In this document: one piece after another, positions 9,533 to 20,000 of the stretch
Numbering within the stretch: position 1 is the stretch's first letter
Layout: every line of letters begins with the position of its first letter
Source: Craspedostauros australis
Lineage: Eukaryota
Assembly: GCA_030167865.1 (NCBI GenBank)
Contig: JALAGF010003803.1
Location: forward strand, 48,615 to 68,614
Length of the DNA: 20,000 nt
Direction: 5' to 3'
Notes under the pieces: generated by a model
What the model was told of the DNA's origin: nothing
What the model saw: the letters and a program-made list of their open reading frames with translations, nothing else
Database searches by the model: none
Position numbers and translations under genes: made by a program

Positions 9533-11204
9533 ATGCAGGCCCAACACCCATCAACCCTCCTCTGTGTCTCCGATCACCTATCACAACATTGTGAAGCCAC
9601 GGGGGAGAGCATGATGGCACAACAGCAAGCATCAGCGTCCGCATCGTCGTCAACATCTTTGCCAAGCCTTGTTTCCGTACCCGACCTTGCGGTCGAAGGT
9701 ATCAACGATAATGCCTTCAACCACACACAAGGTGCTCTCACTCGACGAGTCAGCAACTACAGCAGCGACAGCAGCAACAGCATCGATATATATGAGGACA
9801 CATGGTCCAACTTTCCCATCAGCTCAGCGGTGGACCGAAAAAGTCATGGGGCACGCAAGGTCGTGCAATGTCGCGAACGCATCGGGACAACAGCACCAGC
9901 GGGGACCGCCACAGGGGAAACGCGATGGCACGATGACGACTTTCAAGTTCTGCGTCATTTGGGACAGGGGAATTACGGGGTTATCGTAAAAGCAAGCTAC
10001 AAAAGGGGACGAGGACGGCTTGCCATCAAACAAATTGCTAAGGACCGCATCCTGCGGGATGAATACCGTGGACGCCGCGGATTCCAATTATTGAGTCGGG
10101 AGATCGAGATTCACAGTCGGTACGTTTTGATGGTGCTCGTCATGCGCAGAGTTTGAAACATTGTGCCGGTCTCCATTTCGAACCGCCTTGCGTTGACGGA
10201 TTGGCTGGGGCGGACAGTCATGGCTGTTCCTGAACCATGCTCGCGCATGGAAGAAACGCGTTTCCTCACATTTGCAGTCACATTCATACTCGTACTCACA
10301 CTATCGCTTGCTCTCGCCCACATCCGTGCTGCAATACATTGTAACACAACGTCATGACCACAGACTCAGACACAACAACATCGTCCGCTTCTTCGGGTAC
10401 TTTCATTGCCGTGAGAATGTTCGCCTGGTTCTGGATTACGCACGTTTCGGCAACTTGCACACTTACATTCATCAGCATGAGAGAGGTGTGTTGGAACTTG
10501 GCCGCGCACGATCCTACTTGCGACAAGTCGCATCGGCGTTGAGCTACTTGGATGAGATGCAAATTTCGCATCGTGATATCAAGCAGGAGAACATCCTGAT
10601 GACTTCCAAAGACACCCTGCAGCTGTGCGACTTTGGTTCCGCCGTGCGCTGGCGCAACACAGCAACACGCACAACCTTGTGCGGAACTCCATTGTATGTG
10701 CCACCAGAGCTGCTCCAGGATGCGCCGCAGTACAACACCCGATACGTCGATTGGTGGGCCTTTGGGATTTTGGCCCACGAATTGATCTTGACGGAAAGTC
10801 CATTTGAATGCGATGGTGCTGCTGCATTGCAGAGCAACAATCGTCATGAGATCTTTGCAAAGATCCGCAATCATCACGATTTGACGTTGCCTGCTTGTTG
10901 CGAAACAAACGCGCAGTCGTTCATCCAGCGATTGTTGCAGCGCACTCCTGAGGATCGCATGTCGCCGAAGGAAGCGCAGGCTCATCCATTCTTGGCTGAG
11001 CAACCGCAGCCAACGGCAACAGCATCAACAATGATGCAGGCGGAACCGTTCATCTACAGCACGCCCTGCAAGGCGACTTCCGTTGCGACTGCGAATCGCC
11101 CGTACGCATCATGGCAAAAGCGATCTCAAAGCCGTCGACGATTCTTGGGGGAAGGGGACAAGACCTGGTACGCCCCAATCAAGCGTCGTCGGTTGAGAGT
11201 GTAA
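9533..11204 (+). CDS. Aurora-like Ser/Thr protein kinase, about 475 aa; exons 9533-10119 and 10364-11204
   Basis: Motifs W..DDFQVLRHLGQGNYG, AIK, REIEIHSRLRHNNIVRFFGYFH, HRDIKQENIL, CDFG and RTTLCGTPLYVPPE, which are Aurora-type. C-terminal basic NLS-like PIKRRRLRV. The start codon is uncertain (9533 or 9611). Confidence 0.8.
10120..10363 (+). other. Spliceosomal intron (244 nt) in the Aurora-like kinase
   Basis: CG|GTACGT donor and CACAG|A acceptor. Splicing restores HSR-LRHNNIV between subdomains III and IV. Confidence 0.85.
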
Positions 11205-11504
11205 TTGCACGAAGGCGTTGTCCAGCACATTCTTGCTAAGCTACAGACTACAATAATAAATAAGCAAGGTCTGTCGACACCTGAACAAATCGGGATAGAA
11301 TGTAATCGTACGAGTGGAGTGTTGAATAGTCTCATCTTGTGTTGGAAAGCAACAAGTTAATCGGCGCTCCACGTCTGCATACGAGTATGATGGCAACAGC
11401 GCTCCACTGAAATCCCTGTATTGCAGCCACGAACATCAGCTAGAGATAAAGACGCACAAGATGTTCACGAACTGAACTAAATTGGATCCTACTCGTGCAG
11501 TACT

Positions 11505-12926
11505 TCAGCATGCGGCTTCATGATCGGCGCCACGCAACGGTGTGCGGACGAAATGAATGTTGCACCATCCCTGATTGCCACGATGCGACCAGATTCGCGT
11601 TTCCCGAACATCTAGATCATCACGATCGTAGCTGACCGTGGCCTTGGTGCCCATGATGAATTCGATCTGGGCGTTGCGAATGTTGGTGGCATTGCCTGGT
11701 TGCTCCTGCTTTTGGAAGACGTCTTTCTCAGTGAAGAATTCACCGGCGCACAGACGTTGGTACTGGGTTTCGTCGTTGGTTTCGACGGCTTGCAACAGCT
11801 TGGCGTTGGCGTGGAGGATGTCATCCTGCAGGAATGCATTCATCGCGGATTGGGTGTCGTCCCAAACCTCGTCCAGGGGTTGATCAGCTTCGATGTCCAC
11901 GACGTTGAGGGAGGCAGTAGATTTTTCGATGATGCGCAGGGTGTCGATGACGGGCATCGTGTCGCCTTCGAATGTCGCGAAGCGCTTGCGCAAGCTCTCG
12001 AGGTTGTCGTCGGACCGTCCGGATTTCTTGGCGCGGCTGAGGATGCGTTGTTCGAGGACGTCGAGGGGGCACTGGTAGACGAGGACGCCGAGGATGTTGG
12101 AGACGGATTGCATGCACTTGGTCCATCCCTCCAGGTTGTCAAAGTTGCGCGGAAAGCCGTCGACCAGGAAGATGAGGGACTTGCCGTCGGCCTCCTTCAT
12201 GGCGTTCTGCAGCAAGGCCAGGGAGATCTCGACCGGCACGATCTTGCCACCCACGAGGCATTCCGATATGAGCTTGGCGTGCGGCGAGTCCTCCTTGCTG
12301 GCTTCGCTGCGCAGCAGCTCTCCGGCAGACAGATGCACGCATGGGTAATTTTGCAGGAGCAAATCGCTCTGGGTTCCCTTGCCGGCGCCAGGGCCGCCCA
12401 ACACGAAGAGGACGCGATACTGACCATCGTCGTTGCTACCATCAGCGTCGCTATTGTTCTCACCGTCAGATGAAACTGCCCCGACATTGATCCTGTACTT
12501 GAGCCCGCCGAAGTCCAGCAGATCCGAAGCATTGGCAATACCGAGCGATTCGCCCGCCACCTTCTCCATGAAGTCCGTGAGAGATTGCTGCGGTTCCGGC
12601 TCGATGGATTTGGTCGCCACGGATCGCAGAGTTTGGAATCGACGATTCCAGGACAGCGACAGCGATGATGCTGTTGATGAAGACGCTGTCGTGATGGACG
12701 CAGCGTTATGATCATACATTCCACCACGAATCTTGAGGAGTTGCGTTGCTGCTGCCGTGGAAGAGTACGCCGAAGCCGATGCTGCGGCGGCAACGGGGGA
12801 AGTCCTCGCGAAGGACGCAAAGGCGCGCGATCCCATGGCCTTGCTCGCGAGCACGAAGGAACTCGTCATGGCTGGTCGCTGCATCAGGATGGTGGAAACG
12901 AGCGCGATGGCCAACGTGTACTTCAT
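11505..12926 (-). CDS. UMP-CMP kinase / adenylate kinase family protein with an N-terminal targeting presequence and a C-terminal CaMKII-association (NTF2-like) domain, 473 aa
   Basis: P-loop VLFVLGGPGAGKGTQ, HLSAGELLR, GKIVPVEI, FLVDGFPRNFDN and short-lid GRSDDN. The C-terminal ~100 aa read ILHANAKLLQAVETND..Y...ATVSYDR..RETRIW...W.NIHF.R. Confidence 0.88.
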   Translation of the reverse strand: MKYTLAIALVSTILMQRPAMTSSFVLASKAMGSRAFASFARTSPVAAAASASAYSSTAAATQLLKIRGGMYDHNAASITTASSSTASSLSLSWNRRFQTLRSVATKSIEPEPQQSLTDFMEKVAGESLGIANASDLLDFGGLKYRINVGAVSSDGENNSDADGSNDDGQYRVLFVLGGPGAGKGTQSDLLLQNYPCVHLSAGELLRSEASKEDSPHAKLISECLVGGKIVPVEISLALLQNAMKEADGKSLIFLVDGFPRNFDNLEGWTKCMQSVSNILGVLVYQCPLDVLEQRILSRAKKSGRSDDNLESLRKRFATFEGDTMPVIDTLRIIEKSTASLNVVDIEADQPLDEVWDDTQSAMNAFLQDDILHANAKLLQAVETNDETQYQRLCAGEFFTEKDVFQKQEQPGNATNIRNAQIEFIMGTKATVSYDRDDLDVRETRIWSHRGNQGWCNIHFVRTPLRGADHEAAC

Positions 12927-13845
12927 CTTCGTTTTGGGTGTGATGCTCCGCTTCTTTCGCGAATTTGGGCTTGCTTTTCGCTTGGTCTTTCCACCGTTGG
13001 CTTCTGTCTTTGTTCCAACAATAGTATGGATTAAAATATAATATTGTACTGTATGCGTTGTTGCTTTGTCGGTGTTCGATGTAGTTGTCGGATTGATGGC
13101 GAGACTGATCGCGGCTACTCAATGAAGTGCCTGCAAGGAAGAATACATGATGATGATGATGATGGTGGTGGTGGGAACAACAACAAAGGATTCGACACGA
13201 CACAACACCACACATCACGAGGCATCGGTGTGGTTGTTGGCAGTGCGTGTTGTTGAATGCACAAAGGATACCATCGTCACAGAGCCAACCAAAACGTGTT
13301 TGTTCGTGAATTGGCCAATCGGGCGACGAACAGACACCGTGTTTCTTCGCGCTTGCGACCGTCGACTGATTCGAATACACCAATGCGACAAAACAGGACG
13401 ACCATGGCGCTCTTGATTTCTTGCGCCGTTCATCACTTCTCGATCAATTCTTGATCACGAAGTCGAACCACACCACCCCATCAGTCCGATACGACTACAA
13501 TCACTGCATACTAGTGGACGTACACCGAAGGAGCTGCATCTTTGTCGTCACCTTTTCTCCAGCCACAACAAGAGACCAACTCAACTCGATCTTCGATACG
13601 GAACGACGTGTTGCTCCAGCATCCGCCAACGGCAAAAGCACCGAGTCTTTCAATTCATCAATTCGTCGATCGTGGTCGAGTAGAATAGAATAGAGTGCTG
13701 CACTCTAACCAGATCGCTCCCGTCCATCAAGTTGCATTATTGACGCAGAAGCCCATCGTGATTGCAGCAGCATACAAATCACCGGCAGACACACACACGC
13801 GCACAGTCAAGCGACCAACTCCAAATAGAAGCACGCGCAGACACG

Positions 13846-14268
13846 ATGGCAACACCGGCCAGCAATCCAGGCGGCGCCATGGCAGCAGAAATCGACAAGG
13901 AGGTCGCCAAGTTCCGCGAAATCGAGCAGCAGATGCAGAAGGTCCAGAAGGATCTGCAGCTGGTCATTGGACAGCAGACGGAAAATGAGATGGTCCAGAT
14001 CGAGCTCAATCATCTCAATGCTGGCGACAACGTCTACAAGATGGTGGGGCCGGTCCTGCTCAAGAATTCGTTGGAGGATGCCAAGGAGACGGTGCAGAAG
14101 CGATTGGAGTTCATCCAGGCCGAACGAACGCGGCTGGAGACGAAGGGCAAGGATCTGGAAAGCAAGGGCAATGCCATCTCGGAAAAGGTGCAGCAGATGC
14201 AAACCAACCTGCAGCAGGCGACGGCAGCGGCTGTCAACGAAGTGGCACGGCAGGCTGGGAAGGTGTAG
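13846..14268 (+). CDS. PFDN6: Prefoldin subunit 6 (beta type), 140 aa
   Basis: Q..ENEMV..EL..L.....VYKMVGPVLLK....AK.TV.KRLEFI..E between coiled coils. ATG at 13846 (alternative 13879). Confidence 0.93.
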   Translation: MATPASNPGGAMAAEIDKEVAKFREIEQQMQKVQKDLQLVIGQQTENEMVQIELNHLNAGDNVYKMVGPVLLKNSLEDAKETVQKRLEFIQAERTRLETKGKDLESKGNAISEKVQQMQTNLQQATAAAVNEVARQAGKV

Positions 14269-14639
14269 ATCGAATGGGCATGATGAATCTACGACGGTAA
14301 CGATCGAATGGCAGGAAGCTTGCGGCAACAAGACAAGCATACCAGCAACATCAGCGCTTGCTTATGGCAACAGAGTGTCACGATCAATCATCACTAGAGT
14401 ACATACCTTCCAATTCAACATGCAACAACCCATTGGACGCTCCCGCCAACCGAAGGATGCGACTGTAAAAGAAGATCGGCTTGCTACTCTCTCTTTCTCT
14501 CGAAGAGGCCATAGTCTTGACTCTTTATGCTCTCTGTAGAACAAGACCAGTCGTATTTCTATATCACCCACATGGTAGCTGGTTGTCTTGTGTCATGAAA
14601 CTACTGCTATGGTTAGGTACGACCACGATGCCTGCGTCT

Positions 14640-17291
14640 CTACTCTTCATCCGACCAATCAATGCCCATCTGCACTTGATCTTCTTCCGCCAACGCTTCC
14701 GGATTCTCGACGCCCGTTGGCTGCTGCTTGCGTTGCTTCTTGGCCTTCTTGCGTTGCTTCTGCTTCTTGGGCTGCTGTTCCGCGCTGCGTTTCTGCGCAG
14801 GTCGTGTCGCGACCTCCAAACGCTTCTCCTTCAACACGGCCGCGTTCCAGCGAGCTCCCATGCTCGGTGTTTGGATGGGCTTCAGGATCTCCAACCGCTT
14901 CACATCCTTGGGTGCAATTTCGGTCAGCTTCGAGCGACCCAGCACGGCGGCCTTGCTGAAACGTTCCGCCATGTCGATGCAGCCCTTGGCGTAGGCTCTC
15001 CAGCGGGCGTTACGGGTGTCTTTGGCGAACTGTTGTGGATGTTTGTTAATTGTTGTGTTGTGTTGTGTTGTGTTGTCATGGATGGATGATGGAAGAGAGG
15101 AGCCATGGAGGAGAAAGTGAGGGATGCTGGTTGGTCTCAGCAGTGAATGGCATTTGTTGCGTTGCAATTCCTTTGACAGGGGACTACATTTCCACGTCTA
15201 GGCGCACGTTAATCCATGCCAACACCAAGGTCGGCAACAACGTCATGAAAACTCCAACCAACTGCAACCGCAAACATGACAGCAAGTCCAACAAATGCAC
15301 TTGCAGCATGCACATCAACGTACCTTCCGCAACCGTTGCACCACCCGCACCGAGAACTCTGGGAAACCCGCCGAGTATCGGTACAGATCCATCTCTCGGT
15401 TCAGCAAGACGAAGAGTTCCGACACGCACATCTCCAGCTCTTCCATGGTGCGCAATGGCGAATCCGCCCGCAACTTCAGTGTGACGGAGAGGGATTGGAT
15501 GCCCGCCTTGTCCATCTTCTTGGCCTGTTGGTACAGCTCCTTCGTGTCCAATGCATCCAACAGGATAGAGGTCGTGGGCAGGAAGACTTCGGCGGCGCCG
15601 GCGAGCTGCTGCAGCAATCGGATGCAATGCAATCGCAGTGGCAAGTACCGGGCGGAGGGAATCATCTTGCACGTTCCGATGATGACCTGCGACAAGGGGA
15701 ACAGGAGAGACTGCAAGAGCTGTTCCTCGCCGGTGGCATCCTGGCTTTGGCATGCCGCCGTGAGCACGGCCACCCATAGCTTGAGGCAGTGCATGTATTG
15801 CCAGCAGTACACGACAGCAAATGCTTCCTGCGTCTTCTTTTGCATCGCCGAGCGCAGATGGAGGGCGAGCTGACGGATGTAGATGAAGGCGTGTTGATAG
15901 GATGAATGGTAGTCGAGGCTGTAAAGTTCCACGATGCAGTTTCCCATGAAGGTGAGGGTCGGCAAGGAGGCGGTCGAGGATGCGGTGAATTTGGCACGCT
16001 GGGCGTATGCCAAGTACACCTTCTTCAAGCTCGTCTCGATGAAGGGGAATGGTTGCGTGAGGGCCAGCTGACGTATCCTGAGGAAGGCGTGCAAACGGAC
16101 GACCTGGTAGTCCTCGTTGGCGTCGATAGGTGCGCTCCACAGCGTGACGAATGCTTTGAGAAGGGACTCGGAGAGGCGTGGGAATGGACTGCAGTATGGG
16201 AGGTAGCTGACCAATGCCTTCAGGACGAAGGCGAGCAGATCTGGCTCCTTGGCTTCGGACAACAGATGAATCGCCGCTCGCAGGAAGGTTTGGATGATTG
16301 GTTGCACCTGTCCCCAACGGTTGGACTTTTCCATCTGTTTCGGCTGGATGGGCTTGTTTGGATCAATCTCCTCGCTGTCACCATCTTTGTCTGCCGCTGC
16401 TTCCTCATCGTCGTCGGCATCACCATCGGCACTATCACTGTCACTACCACTGTCACCCTCAGAATCTGTTGCTTTCCGAAGAAGATGATAATGGAATTCT
16501 TCATGACAACGTCCCAACGCGGTGACCATCAAATGATCAAACACCACCGACGATTCGATGTGGTATTTGTTTGCCTTCGCATTTTCAGCCTGATCTGCAT
16601 CGGCCATGTGGCAAGCGGCCTTGAAGACGTTGACGTACTTCTTCAATCCCTTGACGCCATGCGACTTGAATGCACCCTGCTCCATGCGCTTGAGCACCTT
16701 CGAAGTCACAAGTGTCACGCCTCGTTCGAGTGGCTCACTTTGCTTCTGATCGTCTGCCATGACATCTTCATCTTCATCATTATCATCGTCTTCAAAGTCC
16801 AGAATGCTCTGGTCGTTCTCCTTGAGGAACTGGTGGAATTCCGGATCGTTCTCGATCTCCTGCTTCATCTGATCTTCGACAGCGCCAATGTCTTGCTCTT
16901 CGTCGCTATCGTCGCTGTCTTCCTCGTCGTCGCCGTCGTCGTCATCATCGTCATCGTCATCATCGCTGCCTTCTTGATCCTCAACTTCGTCTTCCTCGCT
17001 CTCTTGCGCGGCATCCTCATTCTCTTCCACCGCGCTGGAAAAGAAGGACTCCAAATCGAGGTCGCCGAGATTCTTCTTGGACGTCAGATCTTCATCGTTG
17101 CGCTTGTATTCGAGTTCATCGGCGTAGCTGTTCCCAGCCTTGATGGCTTTCTTGATGGCACGGTCGTTGGCGGCATCGCTGCGTCCCTTGCGCTTCAGCT
17201 TGCCCTTGCTGGTGATGGTGCCCTTCTTGAGGCGCGACGAGACGCCTCCGCTGCTTTGGAACTTGCGGGCTCGCTTGGTTTGTTTCGGCAT
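14640..17291 (-). CDS. NOC2: Nucleolar complex protein 2 homolog (60S biogenesis), about 785 aa; exons 17291-15324 and 15029-14640
   Basis: Basic N-terminus, long acidic tract, DPEFHQFLKEND.S.LDF, SYQHAFIYIRQLA.HLR, VY.WQY.H.L.LW, RY.PLR.H and FPE. Intron AAG|GTACGT...CAG|TTC joins LRK-FAKDTRN. Confidence 0.93.
15030..15323 (-). other. Spliceosomal intron (294 nt) in NOC2
   Basis: GTACGT donor at 15323 and ACAACAG acceptor ending at 15030; phase 0. Contains a (CAACA)n repeat. Confidence 0.85.
15051..15077 (+). repeat. (TGTGT)n-type pentamer microsatellite in the NOC2 intron
   Basis: tgttgtgttgtgttgtgttgtgttgt, read directly. Confidence 0.75.
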
Positions 17292-17562
17292 GGTGGGTGT
17301 ACTGCTGCGATGGAGCTTATGGAGTGAGTGATGGTGTACGACTACAAGATGGCCGATCGATGTCCTGGTGAACAGATGTGTGAGACGGAGGAGGATGAGG
17401 ATGCGACGCCGGCGTTCGCGGTAACCGAAACATCCAGAGAGGAGATCACTTTTGGTTGGCTTCGTGTTGATTTGACAGAAGGTATCAAACGTACGGCAGC
17501 CAGACGTATTCGGTCACGAATGGCGTGATTTGCCCAACAAGATCGATTCTTGATGTTGACAA

Positions 17563-17603
17563 TCACATCACATCACACCGCATCGCATCGCATCGCATCA
17601 TCA
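17563..17603 (+). repeat. (CATCA/CATCG)n pentamer repeat in the NOC2-deacetylase divergent intergenic region
   Basis: tcacatcacatcacaccgcatcgcatcgcatcgcatcatca, read directly. Confidence 0.7.
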
Positions 17604-17800
17604 CCGACAACAACATCACCAATCCAACCAAAGAAAGAAGCAAGGAAGAACTGATGGATTCAGAGTGATTGGACCGTCATCTGACCGCACCGCCATCTTC
17701 GTTGGCATCACAAGCATCACCGACGCCAACGCTGGCCTGAATTTGTGCTCTCCATCATCCCCATGCGATGTCTGCCAGCACATCCTCGCGTCGTCGCATC

Positions 17801-18988
17801 ATGACGATTGGTCACAACGCGCTCACGCTTGCGTCGGCGTTGATCCTGCTGCTGATGCCAATGCAGATGCTTGTGCCCGTCGATGCATTCAAGATCCCCG
17901 TCTTCTTCGATTCTACGAACGGTTTGCACCGCGACATGCAGTACCATCCGGAGCAGGCAGCTCGCATCGAGCTGTGCGTGTCGACGCTGGAACAGCAGAT
18001 ACCCGACAAGGTGGAGCTTTACGACGTGGCGCCGGAGGCTCACAGCCAACAGCCACTGTCGGAATCGGCCAAGCCGTGGTACTTCACAGGAGACGAACTG
18101 GCACACGCGCGGGACATGCTGGTCAAGGCGCACAGCGAGGAGATGGTGGCTGGGTTGGAACAGCGTTGTCACAACTCGCGTCAGCAGCGCATCGAAGAAG
18201 GCAGGGATGCGTTGGGCTTTGTCGGATACGTCGACGCCGACACCTACCTCACCACCGAAACGTACGACGTCTGCCTGCGTGCCACAGCCTCATGGATCCG
18301 TGCCGTCGACGAATCGACTTCCGTCAACAACCCCATTCAAACAGCATTCGCCATGACGCGACCTCCTGGTCACCATGCCACGCCCTCGTTGTCCAATGGT
18401 TTTTGCTTATTCAATTTCGCGGGGGCCGCCACGATCCACTATCTCGAACAGCACCCAGAGGCCAAGGTCTCCATCCTTGATTGGGATGTCCATTACGGTC
18501 AGGGCGTCGCGAAGATCATCAGACAACACGATCGGGCGCGCTACGTGTCCATCCACCAGTCGCCCGCATTCCCCTACATGGCAAATCGGAAACGGATCAT
18601 GGGGGATCATGCCAACGTTCTGACGCTGCCCATCCCGGCAGAAAGCACATGGACGTGCGGGTACCACACGGTGCTGAAGGATGATGCCTTGCCCTTCCTC
18701 CGTACGACGGGAGAATGGGAACCAGATCTCGTCATCGTTTGTGCTGGATACGACGCCCTGTCCGCGGATGAATTGGCCAGCGTCAATCTCAATGCCAAAG
18801 ATTACGGTGCGATCGTGGAAGCGCTGATGGACCATCTGGATGATGGACAAAGTGCCACCAGCATCACATTGGGTTTGGAAGGTGGATACCAGCTGAAGCA
18901 TGCCCCCACGACAGGGAATCTTGCCGATGCTGTCGTCGAGACGCTTGAAAGCTTGCACCGGCGGCTTGGACCACCTCCTGATCAATAG
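17801..18988 (+). CDS. Zn-dependent histone deacetylase family (class II / HDA14-like or bacterial-like) deacylase with a signal peptide, about 395 aa
   Basis: Motifs HPE..RI, DTY, RPPGHHA, GFCLFN, ILDWDVHYGQG, SIHQ, PDLVIVCAGYDAL..D.L and LEGGY. ATG 17801 gives signal peptide ...LVPVDA|FKI; an upstream in-frame ATG lies at 17768. Confidence 0.88.
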   Translation: MTIGHNALTLASALILLLMPMQMLVPVDAFKIPVFFDSTNGLHRDMQYHPEQAARIELCVSTLEQQIPDKVELYDVAPEAHSQQPLSESAKPWYFTGDELAHARDMLVKAHSEEMVAGLEQRCHNSRQQRIEEGRDALGFVGYVDADTYLTTETYDVCLRATASWIRAVDESTSVNNPIQTAFAMTRPPGHHATPSLSNGFCLFNFAGAATIHYLEQHPEAKVSILDWDVHYGQGVAKIIRQHDRARYVSIHQSPAFPYMANRKRIMGDHANVLTLPIPAESTWTCGYHTVLKDDALPFLRTTGEWEPDLVIVCAGYDALSADELASVNLNAKDYGAIVEALMDHLDDGQSATSITLGLEGGYQLKHAPTTGNLADAVVETLESLHRRLGPPPDQ

Positions 18989-20000
18989 AGTCATAGGGTA
19001 GTCGTAGAGAGTAGTGCAGAACACAGAAAAGGAGTTCATACCCCTTGCATTTGACATAAATGAGACCCGTTGACTCTGCGAAACGTTGGAGTTGAAAATA
19101 ACGCTGAAGGCCCACCGTACGACTACACATTTGATGGTACATCAATGCTCCGGTCGCTATTGTGTGCTGCTGTGCGAATAAGACGATGTAGCATACTCTA
19201 CACGCGAGTGTGAATACAGCACAGCAGAATAGCCTTGCTTCGCAACCGTAGTTTTGTACCATATTTGCTAGTTCTCGTCAACCGCGCTCCAATGTATTAT
19301 AGTTGACACACCACATTCAGATCGAATGCTTTTGGTGCTACCCTTCCTGCAGACAAGAGTGGGCGCATTCGTCCCCAAGCGGTGACAACATACTACTACA
19401 CGTAGTCTGTGGAACGAAAGAGAGAGAGAGAGTATGTAGGTTTGCAAGCTGACCTCATCGCTTGGACGGATGATCGAAGCAAGCGATGGGACAACACACA
19501 ATGCATGATAGCCACAGGGTACTTGTTGGTGTTCGCCAACTCTGTCATTGATCTTCCTGAATGGTCCTACCAGTCGAAGAATCTCATCTCCGACGATGCC
19601 ACAGAAGAGAAGTCTGCGTTGTTCTCAGAACGTGTTTGCTTCCTTTCTTCCTTGTTGTCTGCGCGCATTTTCGTGATGGGTGGCAACAGAAGGATCCAAA
19701 CCAGAACCCGAGAGGGAGTGCGATCAACAGAAGGAGACCCCCATGCGACCAAGACAACACACAACTCCATACTCGAGCACATCAACAACAGACATCGAAT
19801 TGCAACGCATACTACTATTCATCACGCAGTGTATGGTACGTACTCATACGAATACAAGCCATTGAAGACACACCATTGATATCTCTGCCTCGTAGTAGAT
19901 AGCTCAGACCACACATTTCCTCGACAGCCAATCCAACGCCAAAAGACCACCAACCATCAACCATCCTCTCAACATGCCGAATGTTACGAACGAACAACTC

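Noticed and set aside
11505-11510. Kinase C-terminus Cys-TGA as a possible Cys-Sec motif
   Set aside because: It lies beyond the domain end, is not followed by Gly-stop, the read-through looks non-coding, and no SECIS was seen downstream.
15906-17327. 473-aa plus-strand ORF
   Set aside because: Antisense shadow of NOC2; its hydrophobic runs mirror the acidic codons.
19409-19902. ORFs of 113-156 aa near the right edge
   Set aside because: Non-ATG starts and low-complexity CA-rich content. More likely the promoter/leader of a gene beyond the window.

Overview
Gene-dense eukaryotic genomic DNA, most likely a diatom or related ochrophyte (inferred from signal peptides with ASAFAP-type cleavage motifs, GT-AG introns of 211-294 nt and CA-rich 5' leaders). 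About 10 protein-coding genes: the 3' end of a probable PPR-type protein, a membrane protein with an in-frame TGA, a PAP/fibrillin, an SLC38/AVT-type amino-acid transporter, a class I FBPase, an Aurora-like kinase, a UMP-CMP/adenylate kinase fused to a CaMKII-hub-like domain, prefoldin 6, NOC2 and an HDAC-family deacetylase. The top finding is the minus-strand gene at 978-2043. The ORF track stops it at TGA 1426-1428, but the frame continues (RTGL-TGA-NIAQAGVWDVDGTG), splices cleanly to a TAG, and has a SECIS-like stem-loop downstream. This points to an MSP-like selenoprotein with a plastid-targeting presequence. No mobile elements, CRISPR arrays, tRNA or rRNA genes were recognised. All calls are by eye, with no database searches.
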